Below, in pieces: positions 38,964-49,310 of a stretch of DNA of 64,000 nucleotides (position 1 is its first letter; each line of letters opens with the position of its first letter). Source of the DNA: Bdellovibrionales bacterium (GTDB lineage Bacteria > Bdellovibrionota > Bdellovibrionia > Bdellovibrionales > JAUICD01); NCBI GenBank assembly GCA_965262715.1, contig OZ253553.1, positions 288,001-352,000 of the forward strand. Reading direction: 5' to 3'. The notes beneath the pieces are model-generated. The model was not told where the DNA came from. It did not search any database and saw nothing but the letters and a program-made list of their open reading frames with translations. A program made the position numbers and the translations under genes.

Positions 38964-41584
38964 ATAGTTTTTGGCACTTCGACCACCTTAAATACTTCAA
39001 TTATATCTCCTACTTTGATGTCATTAAATCTTTCAATGCTTAATCCACATTCAAAACCACTTGCAACTTCTTTTGCATCCTCTTTAAACCTCTTTAAAGT
39101 ATTAATTTTTCCTTCATAGATGATAACTCCATCTCTCAAAAGCCTGATTTCAGAACCTCTTTGAATTTTTCCATTTAAAACAGAACAACCTGCAACAGTT
39201 CCTACCTTAGATACAGAAAATGTATTTCGTACTTCCAGATGACCGGTAACTTGCTGCTCAAATGTAGGTTTTAAAAGACCTTTGATGGCATTTTCTATAT
39301 CTTGAATAAGATCATAAATAATCTTATAAGTTTTGATTTGAACTTTTTCGCGTTTAGCAAGCTGTAGGGCACCATTATCTGGCCTGACATTAAATCCTAC
39401 CACCATTCCACTTGCCGCGCTGGCAAGTAAAATATCTGACTCGTTAATACCACCAACCGCTTGATGAATAATTTTTAAATTCACTTCTGTTGTGGCTGTG
39501 GGCATTTTATCTAAAATACTTTTGAGGGATTTCTCTATTGCTTCTCCTGTTCCACGCACATCCGTTTTTAAAATTAGAGATAGTGTGCTGAACTGCTCTG
39601 TTTTGACCTTAGAAAATAAATCCTCTAAAGACATTTGAGAGTGAGGTGTGACAGAGGTGGTACCCTGCATGGCTTCTCTTTTTTTGATAATTTCAGAAAT
39701 ATGAGATTCTTTTTCGCAAATATCAAATCGGTCTCCTGCATTTGGACATTCCTCTAAACCTAAGACTTCAATAGGAGTTCCAGGGCCTGCAATATTTATT
39801 TTTTGACCTCTGTCATTCATCATGGCCCTGACCCGCCCACCTATTTTACCTGCAACGATATGTTGCCCCACAGACACACTGCCATCTTGTACTAAAAGAG
39901 TGGATACAGGACCTCTTCCTTTTTTAACTTCTGCTTCAATCACAATGCCTGTGCCAGATTGCTTAGGATTTGCTTTTATATCTTGCATTTCTGATACAAG
40001 AAGAACGGTCTCTAAAAGATCAGATATGCCTTCACCTTTTGGAGATGATATAGGAATAAAAATAGTGCTACCTCCCCACTCTTCTGATACTAAATCAAAC
40101 TTAGTAGCTTCTTGCCTAATTTTTTCTATATCTGCTTCTGGTTTATCTATTTTACTGACAGCTACAATGATTGGAGTTTTTGCTGCTTTAGCATGATTAA
40201 TGGCCTCTATCGTTTGTGGCATAATGCCATCATCAGCAGCAATTACGATAATTGCAATATCTGTTACATTGGCTCCCCTAGCTCTCATGGCTGTGAAAGC
40301 CTCATGTCCAGGCGTGTCAATAAAAGTGATACTCTTTTTATCCTTAATGTTTTTACCACTTAAATGAACAGAGTAAGCCCCAATGTGTTGGGTAATACTG
40401 CCTGCTTCTCCTGAAACCACATTGGTTTTTCTGATTGTATCTAGTAAGGTGGTTTTACCATGATCAATATGTCCCATTACAGTGACAATAGGTGTGCGTG
40501 GCACTTTTTCAGCCTTTATATCTCCAAAATGAGCATCAACAATCAAGTCTTCTAGTGAACGTTCAATATTCTCTGTTTCGTATTGAAATTCAGATGCAAT
40601 TAAAGAGGCTGTTTCATGGTCTAATACAGAGTGGATATTTGCTTGAACACCATTTTTAATGAGGGAGGCGATTAATTGACTGGATTTGACTTGCATTTGT
40701 TGAGCAAAGTCCGTCACAGTGATATGTCCATGTAACTTCACAACTCTTTTATACGCAGCAGGAGTGGTGATTTTTGTTTTTTTAACTTCTCTGTCCAAAA
40801 TAAGATTCTTCTTTTTTGGTTGAAAAATCACTTCTCTTTTTCGAAACTCAGAACCTAAAAACAAAGAACTAGACTCTTCTTTTTGTATATTAATTTTTGT
40901 TGTTTTCAGTTCTTTTAAGGTAGGAAGTTGTTTTTTACTGATTTCTCGATTCTTATGAGAAGGTACATCAACTTGAGAGATCAATTTTTCAGGGCTATAA
41001 CCATGTGCCATTTGAGGTTTTGTAGTTTTACTTAAATCTATTTCTCCAACAATGGCTTTACCTGTGATTTTTGTATCATAAGATTTTTCTTCTTGAGCTG
41101 ATTTTAGTGGAGTTTTAGAGGCTTTTTGATCAAGGCTTTTTGCATCTGTCTTTTTGATATCCTTCTTTGTCTCGGGTTGATCTTCTTTATTAATTTGCGC
41201 TTTTTGTTGATCCTCTAGCTCTAAAGCCTCTTTTTCTAGTTGCTTTTGAGCTCTTGCATAAGTTTGTTTAGCTGAAGGTAGATCACTAGCCTTTCTTCTG
41301 ATCACTTTTTTCTTAGTTACTTTTTTTTGTGCGGTAGATTTATGAGTTGTCTTTACTTTTGTTTTTGAAGCTGTGGTTTTTTTACTCACCTTTTTTTTCT
41401 TTTTTTGAGTTTTCACTTTTTTCTTTTCTGATAAAAGATGAGAGCGTATGGACTTTAATGTTTCTTCATCCAGTTCTGTCATGTGATTTTTGACAGGAAT
41501 GTTCCACTGCCTCAGTTTATCCATCAAAGACAAAGTTTCTATGCCTATCTCTTTTGCAAATTCAAATACTTTTGGTTGTGTCAC
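38960..41584 (-). CDS. infB: Translation initiation factor IF-2
   Basis: GHIDHGKTT, DTPGHEAF. Confidence 0.97.
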   Translation of the reverse strand: MTQPKVFEFAKEIGIETLSLMDKLRQWNIPVKNHMTELDEETLKSIRSHLLSEKKKVKTQKKKKKVSKKTTASKTKVKTTHKSTAQKKVTKKKVIRRKASDLPSAKQTYARAQKQLEKEALELEDQQKAQINKEDQPETKKDIKKTDAKSLDQKASKTPLKSAQEEKSYDTKITGKAIVGEIDLSKTTKPQMAHGYSPEKLISQVDVPSHKNREISKKQLPTLKELKTTKINIQKEESSSLFLGSEFRKREVIFQPKKKNLILDREVKKTKITTPAAYKRVVKLHGHITVTDFAQQMQVKSSQLIASLIKNGVQANIHSVLDHETASLIASEFQYETENIERSLEDLIVDAHFGDIKAEKVPRTPIVTVMGHIDHGKTTLLDTIRKTNVVSGEAGSITQHIGAYSVHLSGKNIKDKKSITFIDTPGHEAFTAMRARGANVTDIAIIVIAADDGIMPQTIEAINHAKAAKTPIIVAVSKIDKPEADIEKIRQEATKFDLVSEEWGGSTIFIPISSPKGEGISDLLETVLLVSEMQDIKANPKQSGTGIVIEAEVKKGRGPVSTLLVQDGSVSVGQHIVAGKIGGRVRAMMNDRGQKINIAGPGTPIEVLGLEECPNAGDRFDICEKESHISEIIKKREAMQGTTSVTPHSQMSLEDLFSKVKTEQFSTLSLILKTDVRGTGEAIEKSLKSILDKMPTATTEVNLKIIHQAVGGINESDILLASAASGMVVGFNVRPDNGALQLAKREKVQIKTYKIIYDLIQDIENAIKGLLKPTFEQQVTGHLEVRNTFSVSKVGTVAGCSVLNGKIQRGSEIRLLRDGVIIYEGKINTLKRFKEDAKEVASGFECGLSIERFNDIKVGDIIEVFKVVEVPKTI

Positions 41585-41633
41585 AAAAGCCTCTTTACCA
41601 TAAATTCTTATTTTTTCTTTAACTTTATATTAT

Positions 41634-43595
41634 CTATCTCTTTTGCTTTATGTTCTGTTTATTTGATGTTGTTGGTGAATCTTTTTTTTTTGATTTTTTT
41701 TCTGTGTGAACTGAATCCATAATTGGATCATCAGATGAAGGATTAGAGAGAGTAGGCTCCTTTTCCTTACTTGAATCTTCTATTATCTTACCTTCTGTGG
41801 CAACTTGTTTTATCTCTGAGATATCACCTGGAGCAGGCAGGTCTTTATTTGCGCTTTTAGTAGAGTCGCTGAGATTTTGAGATGACTTTGTTTGTGTATC
41901 TGTATTGATCTTAATATCTTCACTTGAATCTTCTATTATCTTACCTTCTGTGGCAACTTGTTTTATCTCTGAGATATCACCTGGAGCAGGCAGGTCTTTA
42001 TTTGCGCTTTTAGTAGAGTCGCTGAGATTTTGAGATGACTTTGTTTGTGTATCTGTATTGATCTTAATATCTTCACTTGAATCTTCTATTATTTTATCTT
42101 CTGTGGCAACTTGTTTTATCTCTGAGATACCTGGAGCAGGTAGGTTTTTATTTGCGCTTTTAGTAGAGTCGCTGGGATCTTGAGATGACTTTGTTTGTGT
42201 ATCTGTATTGATCTTAATATCTTCTTCTTTTTTCTCTTCTGTTTGTTGATCATTGACTTGCTTTTTAGTTTGTGATGTTGGAGCGGTACTTTCGCTTGCA
42301 TCTTGCGTTTTTGTAGCAAGTGATGGGATCTGCTTATCCTTATATTCTTCAATAAATGCCTTAGATTCACCAATGAGCTTGAGGGCTTTGTTTTTATCCT
42401 CATAACCAGGAATGGCCATAACTTCCTCTGCTGTGGCTTCTGCTAAGGATTTAATAGAGCTAAAATTGCTTTGATAAATATTTTGAGCCATTGTATCTGA
42501 GATATTTTCAAGGAGAGAAAGGTTGAAGATAGCCTCTGCTTGCCTTTTTGCGACATCAGATTCAGAAACAATTTTCATCTGCCATCCTGTGAGCTTTGTG
42601 GCTAAGCGAACATTTTGACCTTTTTTACCTATAGCTAAGCTAAGTTGTGCATCTGGTACGACAATCTCCATTTCTTTATTTTCTTCATTGATAAAAACTC
42701 TTGCCACTTCAGAAGGTTGAATGGCGTTGCAGACAAAGTTAATAATGTCCTCTTTGAAAGGAACAATGTCTATTTTTTCTCCTTGTAATTCCTGTACTAC
42801 GTTTTGTACACGACTTCCTTTCATGCCCACACAGGCACCTACAGGGTCAACAGCATTATCTTTAGAAACAACAGCTATTTTAGCGCGAGAACCTGGTTCT
42901 CTAGCTGCTGCCACAATCTTTACAATTCCATCATGAACTTCTGGAACTTCAATCTCAAACAGCTTGATCATATATTTCTCGTCTGTTCGTGACATAATGA
43001 TTTGTGGGCCTCTCCCTGTCTGCTTGACATCTAAAATATAACCTTGAACACGATCTCCAGGTTTATAGATTTCTCCAGGGATCTGCTCACTTTGAGGTAA
43101 ATAGGCTTCTGTTCGTCCTAGATCAACCACAATAGTTCTGTATTCCACTCTTCTTACAATCCCAGAAGCAATTTCTCCTCTTCGTTTTTCAAATTCTTGA
43201 AAGATGATTTCATGTTCTGCATCACGTACTTTTTGCATAATGATTTGCTTAGCTGTCTGAACAGCTACTCTTCCTAAATCTGATGAGTCCATTTTAATCC
43301 CAATATAGTCACCAATTTTGCATTCAGGGTCTAATTCTTTAGCTTCTGCAAGCTTGATTTCTACCTCTTCATCCACAAAGGTTTCGGGGTCTACGACTTC
43401 CTTGAATTGATGCAATTCAATTTCACTGGAATCTTCATTATAACTAGATTCAATCTCCTTATAAGTTCCATATTTTTTTCGAGCAGCCAGCAACATCCCT
43501 TGAACAATAGCATCAATAACAATTTGTTTTTGGATGCCTTTATCCCTTACTATGGTCTCAATCAATTTGTCTAAGCTAGAAAATTCGGCACCCAT
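41634..43595 (-). CDS. nusA: NusA with long repetitive C-terminal extension
   Basis: AREPGSRAK, GACVGMKG, AIGKKGQNVRLA. Confidence 0.95.
   Translation of the reverse strand: MGAEFSSLDKLIETIVRDKGIQKQIVIDAIVQGMLLAARKKYGTYKEIESSYNEDSSEIELHQFKEVVDPETFVDEEVEIKLAEAKELDPECKIGDYIGIKMDSSDLGRVAVQTAKQIIMQKVRDAEHEIIFQEFEKRRGEIASGIVRRVEYRTIVVDLGRTEAYLPQSEQIPGEIYKPGDRVQGYILDVKQTGRGPQIIMSRTDEKYMIKLFEIEVPEVHDGIVKIVAAAREPGSRAKIAVVSKDNAVDPVGACVGMKGSRVQNVVQELQGEKIDIVPFKEDIINFVCNAIQPSEVARVFINEENKEMEIVVPDAQLSLAIGKKGQNVRLATKLTGWQMKIVSESDVAKRQAEAIFNLSLLENISDTMAQNIYQSNFSSIKSLAEATAEEVMAIPGYEDKNKALKLIGESKAFIEEYKDKQIPSLATKTQDASESTAPTSQTKKQVNDQQTEEKKEEDIKINTDTQTKSSQDPSDSTKSANKNLPAPGISEIKQVATEDKIIEDSSEDIKINTDTQTKSSQNLSDSTKSANKDLPAPGDISEIKQVATEGKIIEDSSEDIKINTDTQTKSSQNLSDSTKSANKDLPAPGDISEIKQVATEGKIIEDSSKEKEPTLSNPSSDDPIMDSVHTEKKSKKKDSPTTSNKQNIKQKR
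41769..42224. repeat. 153-bp (51-aa) tandem repeat x3 inside nusA
   Basis: Units start at 41769, 41922 and 42075. Confidence 0.92.
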
Positions 43596-43644
43596 TTTTC
43601 ATACTCCTTAAAAGCATTTATCTTATCTTTTAAAATCTTATTAT

Positions 43645-43670
43645 AAAAAAAGTGGGTTGTAACCCACTTT
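43645..43670 (-). promoter_or_regulatory. Terminator-like leader hairpin of the nusA operon
   Basis: AAAGTGGGTT/AACCCACTTT stem plus U-run; resembles the hairpin often seen before rimP-nusA. Confidence 0.55.
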
Positions 43671-43946
43671 GAACACCTATTAATGACTTATAGTAAGTAG
43701 TATAATCCATTAATTTAAAATTGAAACTCTTATGGTATAGAAACACCAGAAAAATAAACACTAACTCTTAATATCAGTTCATTAAAGTCCTGGCAAGCAC
43801 TATTTGCCATAAATATATCAAGTGAATTACCTCAAAATACAAAATATATGCTATCGAAGCAAGGCCATTTTGTTATAGAAAATATGTTCTTATTGGTATT
43901 AACAAACTCGGAGTATTTCAATTTATACTGCTGATTTCAAAATAAC

Positions 43947-45386
43947 TCACCCGATGCTCCTTTCAAGCTTCATCTCTATCAATTTGACGGCTTCTACAGA
44001 AAATTCTAATGGTAACTTTTGAAAGACTTCTTTGCAAAAACCATTAACTAAGACAGAGACAGCATCCTCAGTGCTTAAACCCCTCGATTGCAGGTAAAAG
44101 AGTTGGTCTTCACTCATGCGAGTGGTGCTAGCTTCATGCTCTAATGTGACAGATTTGTTTTTGACTTCCATGTAGGGGTAGGTGTGAACACTGCTTTGAT
44201 CTTCAATAAGCATAGAGTCACATTGAGAGTAATTTCTAGCTCCTTTTGCTGAAGGGAGTATTTTAACAAGCCCTCTGTAAGTATTTGATGATTGATCTGC
44301 AGAAATGCTTTTAGAAATGATAGTGCTTTTTGTATTTTTGCCTATATGAATCATTTTGCTCCCTGTATCTGCTTGCATGTGACCATTTGTTAAGGCAACA
44401 GAATAGAAGGCACCAGAGGAATGATCTCCTTGTAAAATACAACTAGGGTATTTCCATGTGATGGCAGATCCAGCTTCAACCTGTGTCCATGTGATGCGTG
44501 AGTTTTCTCCAATACATTTACCTCTTTTTGTGACAAAATTGTAAACACCCCCTTTGCCATTTTCATCTCCAGAATACCAATTTTGTACTGTAGAATAATT
44601 GATTTGAGCGTTTTTTAAAGCTACAAGCTCTACAACAGCGGCGTGAAGTTGGTTGTTGTCATACATAGGAGCTGTGCATCCTTCGAGATAATTCACAAAA
44701 CTTCCTTCTTCTGCAATCAAGAGGGTCCTTTCAAATTGGCCTGTATCTTGAGCGTTGATACGAAAATAAGTGGACAAGTCCAGAGGGCAGCGAACGTTTT
44801 TTGGAATATAGCAAAAAGAACCATCACTAAAAACAGCAGCATTTAAGGTAGAAAAAAAGTTATCTCCTATAGGCACGACTGTTCCTAAATGTTTTTCAAC
44901 AAGCTCTGTATGTTCATTAACAGCGTCACTAAATGAGCAAAAAACCACCCCCGCTTTTGAAAGTTCTTCTTTATGGGTTGTGCCAATAGAGACACTATCA
45001 AATACCGCATCAACAGCAACCCCTGTTAGTCTTTTTTGCTCTATAAGAGGAATGCCTAGCCTTTCAAATGTTTTAAGAAGTTCTGGATCAATATCTTCTA
45101 ATGAGTGAGATGTGGGCTTTGCCTTTTTGGGAGCAGAATAATAACTCATATTTTGATAATCAATTTGAGGGTGTCTTAGATTTGCCCAAAGAGGTTCTTT
45201 CATCTTCTTCCATGTTTTAAAAGCTTTTAATCTGTATTTTAGTAGAAAATCTGGCTCATTTTTTTTATGAGAGATGAGGCGAATAGTATCTTCATTAAGT
45301 CCTTTGCTAATAGCTTCAGAAGCAATAGGAGTGATGAAACCATACTTGTAATCTTGCTTTTTTAAAGAAACACTCGGCACGGTCAC
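43947..45386 (-). CDS. sufB: Fe-S cluster assembly protein SufB
   Basis: [25 protein letters not shown]. Confidence 0.96.
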   Translation of the reverse strand: MTVPSVSLKKQDYKYGFITPIASEAISKGLNEDTIRLISHKKNEPDFLLKYRLKAFKTWKKMKEPLWANLRHPQIDYQNMSYYSAPKKAKPTSHSLEDIDPELLKTFERLGIPLIEQKRLTGVAVDAVFDSVSIGTTHKEELSKAGVVFCSFSDAVNEHTELVEKHLGTVVPIGDNFFSTLNAAVFSDGSFCYIPKNVRCPLDLSTYFRINAQDTGQFERTLLIAEEGSFVNYLEGCTAPMYDNNQLHAAVVELVALKNAQINYSTVQNWYSGDENGKGGVYNFVTKRGKCIGENSRITWTQVEAGSAITWKYPSCILQGDHSSGAFYSVALTNGHMQADTGSKMIHIGKNTKSTIISKSISADQSSNTYRGLVKILPSAKGARNYSQCDSMLIEDQSSVHTYPYMEVKNKSVTLEHEASTTRMSEDQLFYLQSRGLSTEDAVSVLVNGFCKEVFQKLPLEFSVEAVKLIEMKLERSIG

Positions 45387-45645
45387 AACCCTTTATTTAT
45401 TGACTGATTTATTATCCATCTTAATCTTAAAAATCTTAAAACTGTATTTTGATAACAGGTTACATGTTTTTGATGTGGCTCTTAAGAGTAATGAACTTTT
45501 TTAACATCATTTGTCTTAAAAAGCTATAAAAAGTCTCCTGCTAAATACAAATAATAAAATAAGGTTAAGTTATATAAGAATTATACCATTAAATTTGTAC
45601 ATTTTAGACTTATTTCTCTTAAGGTCTCTAAGGTTGTGGCCATTT

Positions 45646-45763
45646 CGAGATAAGATATTGGAATTACAAACTATATCTTATTAAGTTTTTATTTTGCTCA
45701 GGCAGTTGGGCAAGCGGTTGCCGGGGACAGTTTGCTGGATTGCCCGACTGCCGGAATGCCAGA
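45646..45763. repeat. Dispersed element E, copy 2
   Basis: ATAAGATAT/ATATCTTAT and GGCAGTTGGGCAA/TTGCCCGACTGCC stems. Confidence 0.65.
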
Positions 45764-45835
45764 AGTCCCTTATAGGTCCTACCAAGGGACATAGGTAACA
45801 TATATTGCAAGGCAATAGGTAACATTTTTTTAAAG

Positions 45836-46819
45836 TCAGGAATTAGGTTTTGTAATCATTTTGTTTTGTAGAGCCCAATTGATACTGTTTGTAATAGCTT
45901 GTTTTGCATTTTGGGGCTTTAAGTTCAATTCTGATTTGGCTTTACTAGAATCGAACCAATGAAATAGGGTGGATATTTGTACTGTTTCAGAAGTGATAAG
46001 AAAACTTTTATTTCTGTTTTCAAATTGATCTCCTATGACTCCTAACATTTTCAGACATGTTTTTGGAACGGGAATAAAAAAAGACCTTCTTCCAACTGCT
46101 TGTGTAATGATTTGAAAGAGCTCTTTGATGAGAATGTTTTCACCAGATAGAATATATCTCTCTCCTTTACGTCCTTTTGTGGTGGCGTTGTAAGTTGCTT
46201 CCACCACACTTTCGATATCAATGATATTTACTCCTCCTGGGGGGTAAAAAGGAAAATATCCTTTGGCAACTTGGAGATGTATTTTTCGGCTTGATTTTAA
46301 CATATCCCCAGGCCCATAAATAGTAGCAGGGTTTAAGATAACAGCATCTAAATGACCTGATCTTACAGATTTCTTAACTAAATCTTCAGCTTGCTTTTTT
46401 GTTTGAAAATAGCCTAAATTCAGCTTTTCTATAAGAAATGGAGATTCTTCATTGAGACAATTTGGAGTGAATGATGCGCCAATAGCTGCAACAGAGCTCA
46501 TATGAACAAGCCTTTGTGTGCGAGCATTGATGCAGGCATCAATGACATTTTGTGTGCCTTGAATATTCACTCTTTGCATGTCTTTAAGATGTTTTTTGCC
46601 AGAACTCACAAGGCCAGCTAAATGATAAACAACATCTATACCAAGAACGGCTTTTTTTAAGGCATCAATTTGGCAAATATCTCCAGAAAAAACTTCTGTT
46701 TTATCAGGTGCTCTTAAGGGATCTCTGCAAAAAACTCGGACGCTATGACCTTTATTAACTAAAAACTTTGTGAGCCAACTTCCAACAAATCCCGTTGCGC
46801 CTGTCACTAAACATTTCAC
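45836..46819 (-). CDS. NAD-dependent epimerase/dehydratase (extended SDR)
   Basis: TGATGFVG, YFQTK. Confidence 0.88.
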   Translation of the reverse strand: MKCLVTGATGFVGSWLTKFLVNKGHSVRVFCRDPLRAPDKTEVFSGDICQIDALKKAVLGIDVVYHLAGLVSSGKKHLKDMQRVNIQGTQNVIDACINARTQRLVHMSSVAAIGASFTPNCLNEESPFLIEKLNLGYFQTKKQAEDLVKKSVRSGHLDAVILNPATIYGPGDMLKSSRKIHLQVAKGYFPFYPPGGVNIIDIESVVEATYNATTKGRKGERYILSGENILIKELFQIITQAVGRRSFFIPVPKTCLKMLGVIGDQFENRNKSFLITSETVQISTLFHWFDSSKAKSELNLKPQNAKQAITNSINWALQNKMITKPNS

Positions 46820-46857
46820 AAAAGTTCCTTTTAAAGACGAAATACTTTAAGTGATGA

Positions 46858-47076
46858 TCACTTTTTTGCAGGGTGTCGCTTTGTGTTTTTCCTAGATTTA
46901 AAGAGACTATTGATCACTAAAAATGCCTCTTGTCGAAGATCATTTTCATAAATAAATTTGTAGAAGCTCTTTAACTCGGGTGACTTGCGGAACTTTTTGA
47001 CAGCTACTGGAACAGGAGATTCTTCTTTATTAAATTCAATAGCGCATTTCTCTTCTGAAAATTTGATAAGTTCCAT
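46858..47076 (-). CDS. Small hypothetical protein
   Basis: 72-aa ORF with AAGG RBS, co-oriented with the SDR gene. Confidence 0.55.
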   Translation of the reverse strand: MELIKFSEEKCAIEFNKEESPVPVAVKKFRKSPELKSFYKFIYENDLRQEAFLVINSLFKSRKNTKRHPAKK

Positions 47077-47209
47077 AGATAACCTTAATAACTTAAGTTG
47101 AAAGGAATAGCAACACTTAGACTTTAATAAGATAAGATTGAAAGGTCAAACAAAGTGATGTATTTTTGCATAAAAAATCAAAACATGAGTGAAATAAGGA
47201 TAAAAAGAA

Positions 47210-48061
47210 GTGAAAGTATTAAGTGGTGAAGTTGTATCTAAGATTCATAGGCTTCGTATCCGTTCGGATGTTGAAGACTTTATTGAAAAGTACGGGCATG
47301 CTCCGGAGTTGGCTGTGGTGCTTGTAGGTGATTGTGTAGCAAGTCAAATTTATGTAGGGAAAAAAGAAGCTGCTTGTAAAAAAGCAGGTATTATTTCTCA
47401 CAGGCATCATATAGGCGCGCAAGAACCCCCCATGCTTTTAGAAAAGCTCTTAGAGGATTTAAATAACGATCAAAAAATTCATGGCATTTTATTGCAACTG
47501 CCTCTACCTGAGGGCTTTGATCATATAAAGATTCTACAAAAAATTTCACACTTAAAAGATGTTGATGGATTGACTTTTAATTCTGTAGCACGGCTTTGTT
47601 TGCAGCAGGCAAATATAGAGCCTTGCACACCTAAAGGCATAATGGCTATTTTAGAACATTATGGGATTGAAGTTGCTGGACGAAAGGCTGTTGTAGTAGG
47701 TCGTAGTCAAATTGTCGGAAAACCCATGTTTCATTTACTCACAAATGCCAATGCCACTGTTACATTGTGCCATTCTCACACTCAGGATCTCTCAAAATAT
47801 ACCAAAGAGGCGGATATAGTGGTGGTTGCTGCAGGTAAGCCTTGTTTTTTAGGAAAGGACGACTTTAGAGAAAACTCTATAGTGATAGATGTAGGTATTC
47901 ATCGAAAATCAGATGGTGGTTTATGTGGCGATGTGAGATTTGAAGAATTAGATGTGTTTGCAGCAACTCCTGTTCCTGGTGGAGTAGGACCTATGACTGT
48001 GACCATGTTGCTTCAAAATACATTAGACCTTGCTATCCTTCAAAAGAAATATGAGAGGTGA
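47210..48061 (+). CDS. folD: Methylenetetrahydrofolate dehydrogenase/cyclohydrolase
   Basis: KDVDG, PCTPKG, TPVPGGVGPMT. Confidence 0.96.
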   Translation: MKVLSGEVVSKIHRLRIRSDVEDFIEKYGHAPELAVVLVGDCVASQIYVGKKEAACKKAGIISHRHHIGAQEPPMLLEKLLEDLNNDQKIHGILLQLPLPEGFDHIKILQKISHLKDVDGLTFNSVARLCLQQANIEPCTPKGIMAILEHYGIEVAGRKAVVVGRSQIVGKPMFHLLTNANATVTLCHSHTQDLSKYTKEADIVVVAAGKPCFLGKDDFRENSIVIDVGIHRKSDGGLCGDVRFEELDVFAATPVPGGVGPMTVTMLLQNTLDLAILQKKYER

Positions 48062-48085
48062 GTTATTGATTTAAAAAAAACAATA

Positions 48086-49153
48086 TTGCATGAAAGTCAT
48101 CTTCAGTTAAATGCGAAGATGATAGCTTTTGCAGGGTTTTCAATGCCACTCCAGTACACTGAAGGTATTTCTAAAGAGCATCATTGTGTCAGAAATCATG
48201 TAGGGCTCTTTGATGTATCTCATATGGGTCAAGTGCGCGTTAAAGGGAGAGAGGCTGTGACTTCTCTTCAATGGATGACATCCAATAATGTAGACCGATT
48301 AAATGCAGGGGAAGCCCAATACTCTCTTCTTATCAATTTTCAAGGAGGTATTATTGATGATGTTTTGATTTATTGTGTTGAAAAAAATGCGGATTATTTG
48401 GTTTGTGTCAATGCAATCAATAGAGAAAAGGACTTAAAGTGGCTGATTCAAAACAAAAAGGAAGGTACGCAAATCATTGATGAAAGTTCTTATTGGGCAT
48501 TGATAGCTATACAAGGTCCAAAGGCTTTGAGCTTAGCGGCTTCAGTTTTTGGTCAAGAAGTTTCAACACTTCAATCTTTTCGTTTTATTTTTCAAGAGGG
48601 TTCTTACATAGCTCGTACAGGATATACAGGTGAAGAAGGGCTGGAAATTTTTGTTCCAGAACATTTAGCAAAAAATTTGTGGCAGAGGCTTTTAGAGGAA
48701 GGAAAAAATTTTCAGGTAGGAGTTATTGGTTTAGGAGCTAGAGATTCTTTGCGTATAGAGATGAAATACTCTCTTTATGGTCATGAGATTGATGAGGAAA
48801 CAAATCCTATAGAGGCAGGTTTAGGCTGGGCTGTGAAGTTTAAAAAGGGAGATTTTATAGGACGAGAGAAAATATTAAAGATGAAAGAGGAAGGACCTGC
48901 TTGCAAGCTTATTGGATTTAAGATGTTAGAGAGAGGAGGTATTCCCAGGCAAGGGTATAAGATTTATTCTGATGATAAAAGCTCTTATCAGATAGGTCAT
49001 GTAACAAGTGGAATACTATCTCCTACTTTAGGAGTAGGTATTGGCATAGGTTATGTACAAAAGAGTTTTGAACAAATCGGTTGTAAAATTCATGTGGCTA
49101 TACGCCAGCGTTTTATTGGAGCTGAGGTGGTCAAAACTCCTTTTATAAGTTAG
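48086..49153 (+). CDS. gcvT: Glycine cleavage aminomethyltransferase
   Basis: FDVSHMG, RTGYTGE, GLGARDSLRIE; true start may lie slightly upstream. Confidence 0.95.
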   Translation: MHESHLQLNAKMIAFAGFSMPLQYTEGISKEHHCVRNHVGLFDVSHMGQVRVKGREAVTSLQWMTSNNVDRLNAGEAQYSLLINFQGGIIDDVLIYCVEKNADYLVCVNAINREKDLKWLIQNKKEGTQIIDESSYWALIAIQGPKALSLAASVFGQEVSTLQSFRFIFQEGSYIARTGYTGEEGLEIFVPEHLAKNLWQRLLEEGKNFQVGVIGLGARDSLRIEMKYSLYGHEIDEETNPIEAGLGWAVKFKKGDFIGREKILKMKEEGPACKLIGFKMLERGGIPRQGYKIYSDDKSSYQIGHVTSGILSPTLGVGIGIGYVQKSFEQIGCKIHVAIRQRFIGAEVVKTPFIS

Positions 49154-49206
49154 AAGCTTGTAAATGATAAATCCATTATGTTATTATATTCTTATCGATA
49201 TTTTGT

Positions 49207-49282
49207 TCAGAGATAGCTCAGTTGGTAGAGCAGTTGACTGTTAATCAATTGGTCGGGGGTTCGAGTCCCTCTCTCTGAGCCA
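49207..49282 (+). tRNA. tRNA-Asn(GTT)
   Basis: Full cloverleaf, TCAGAGA/TCTCTGA acceptor stem, GTT anticodon, CCA end. Confidence 0.97.
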
Positions 49283-49310
49283 TATCATCATTATACTTTA
49301 TTAAAATACG

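Noticed and set aside
45776..45826. Possible IS481-like end (ATAGGTAACA twice)
   Set aside because: No transposase or partner end is visible; too short to support
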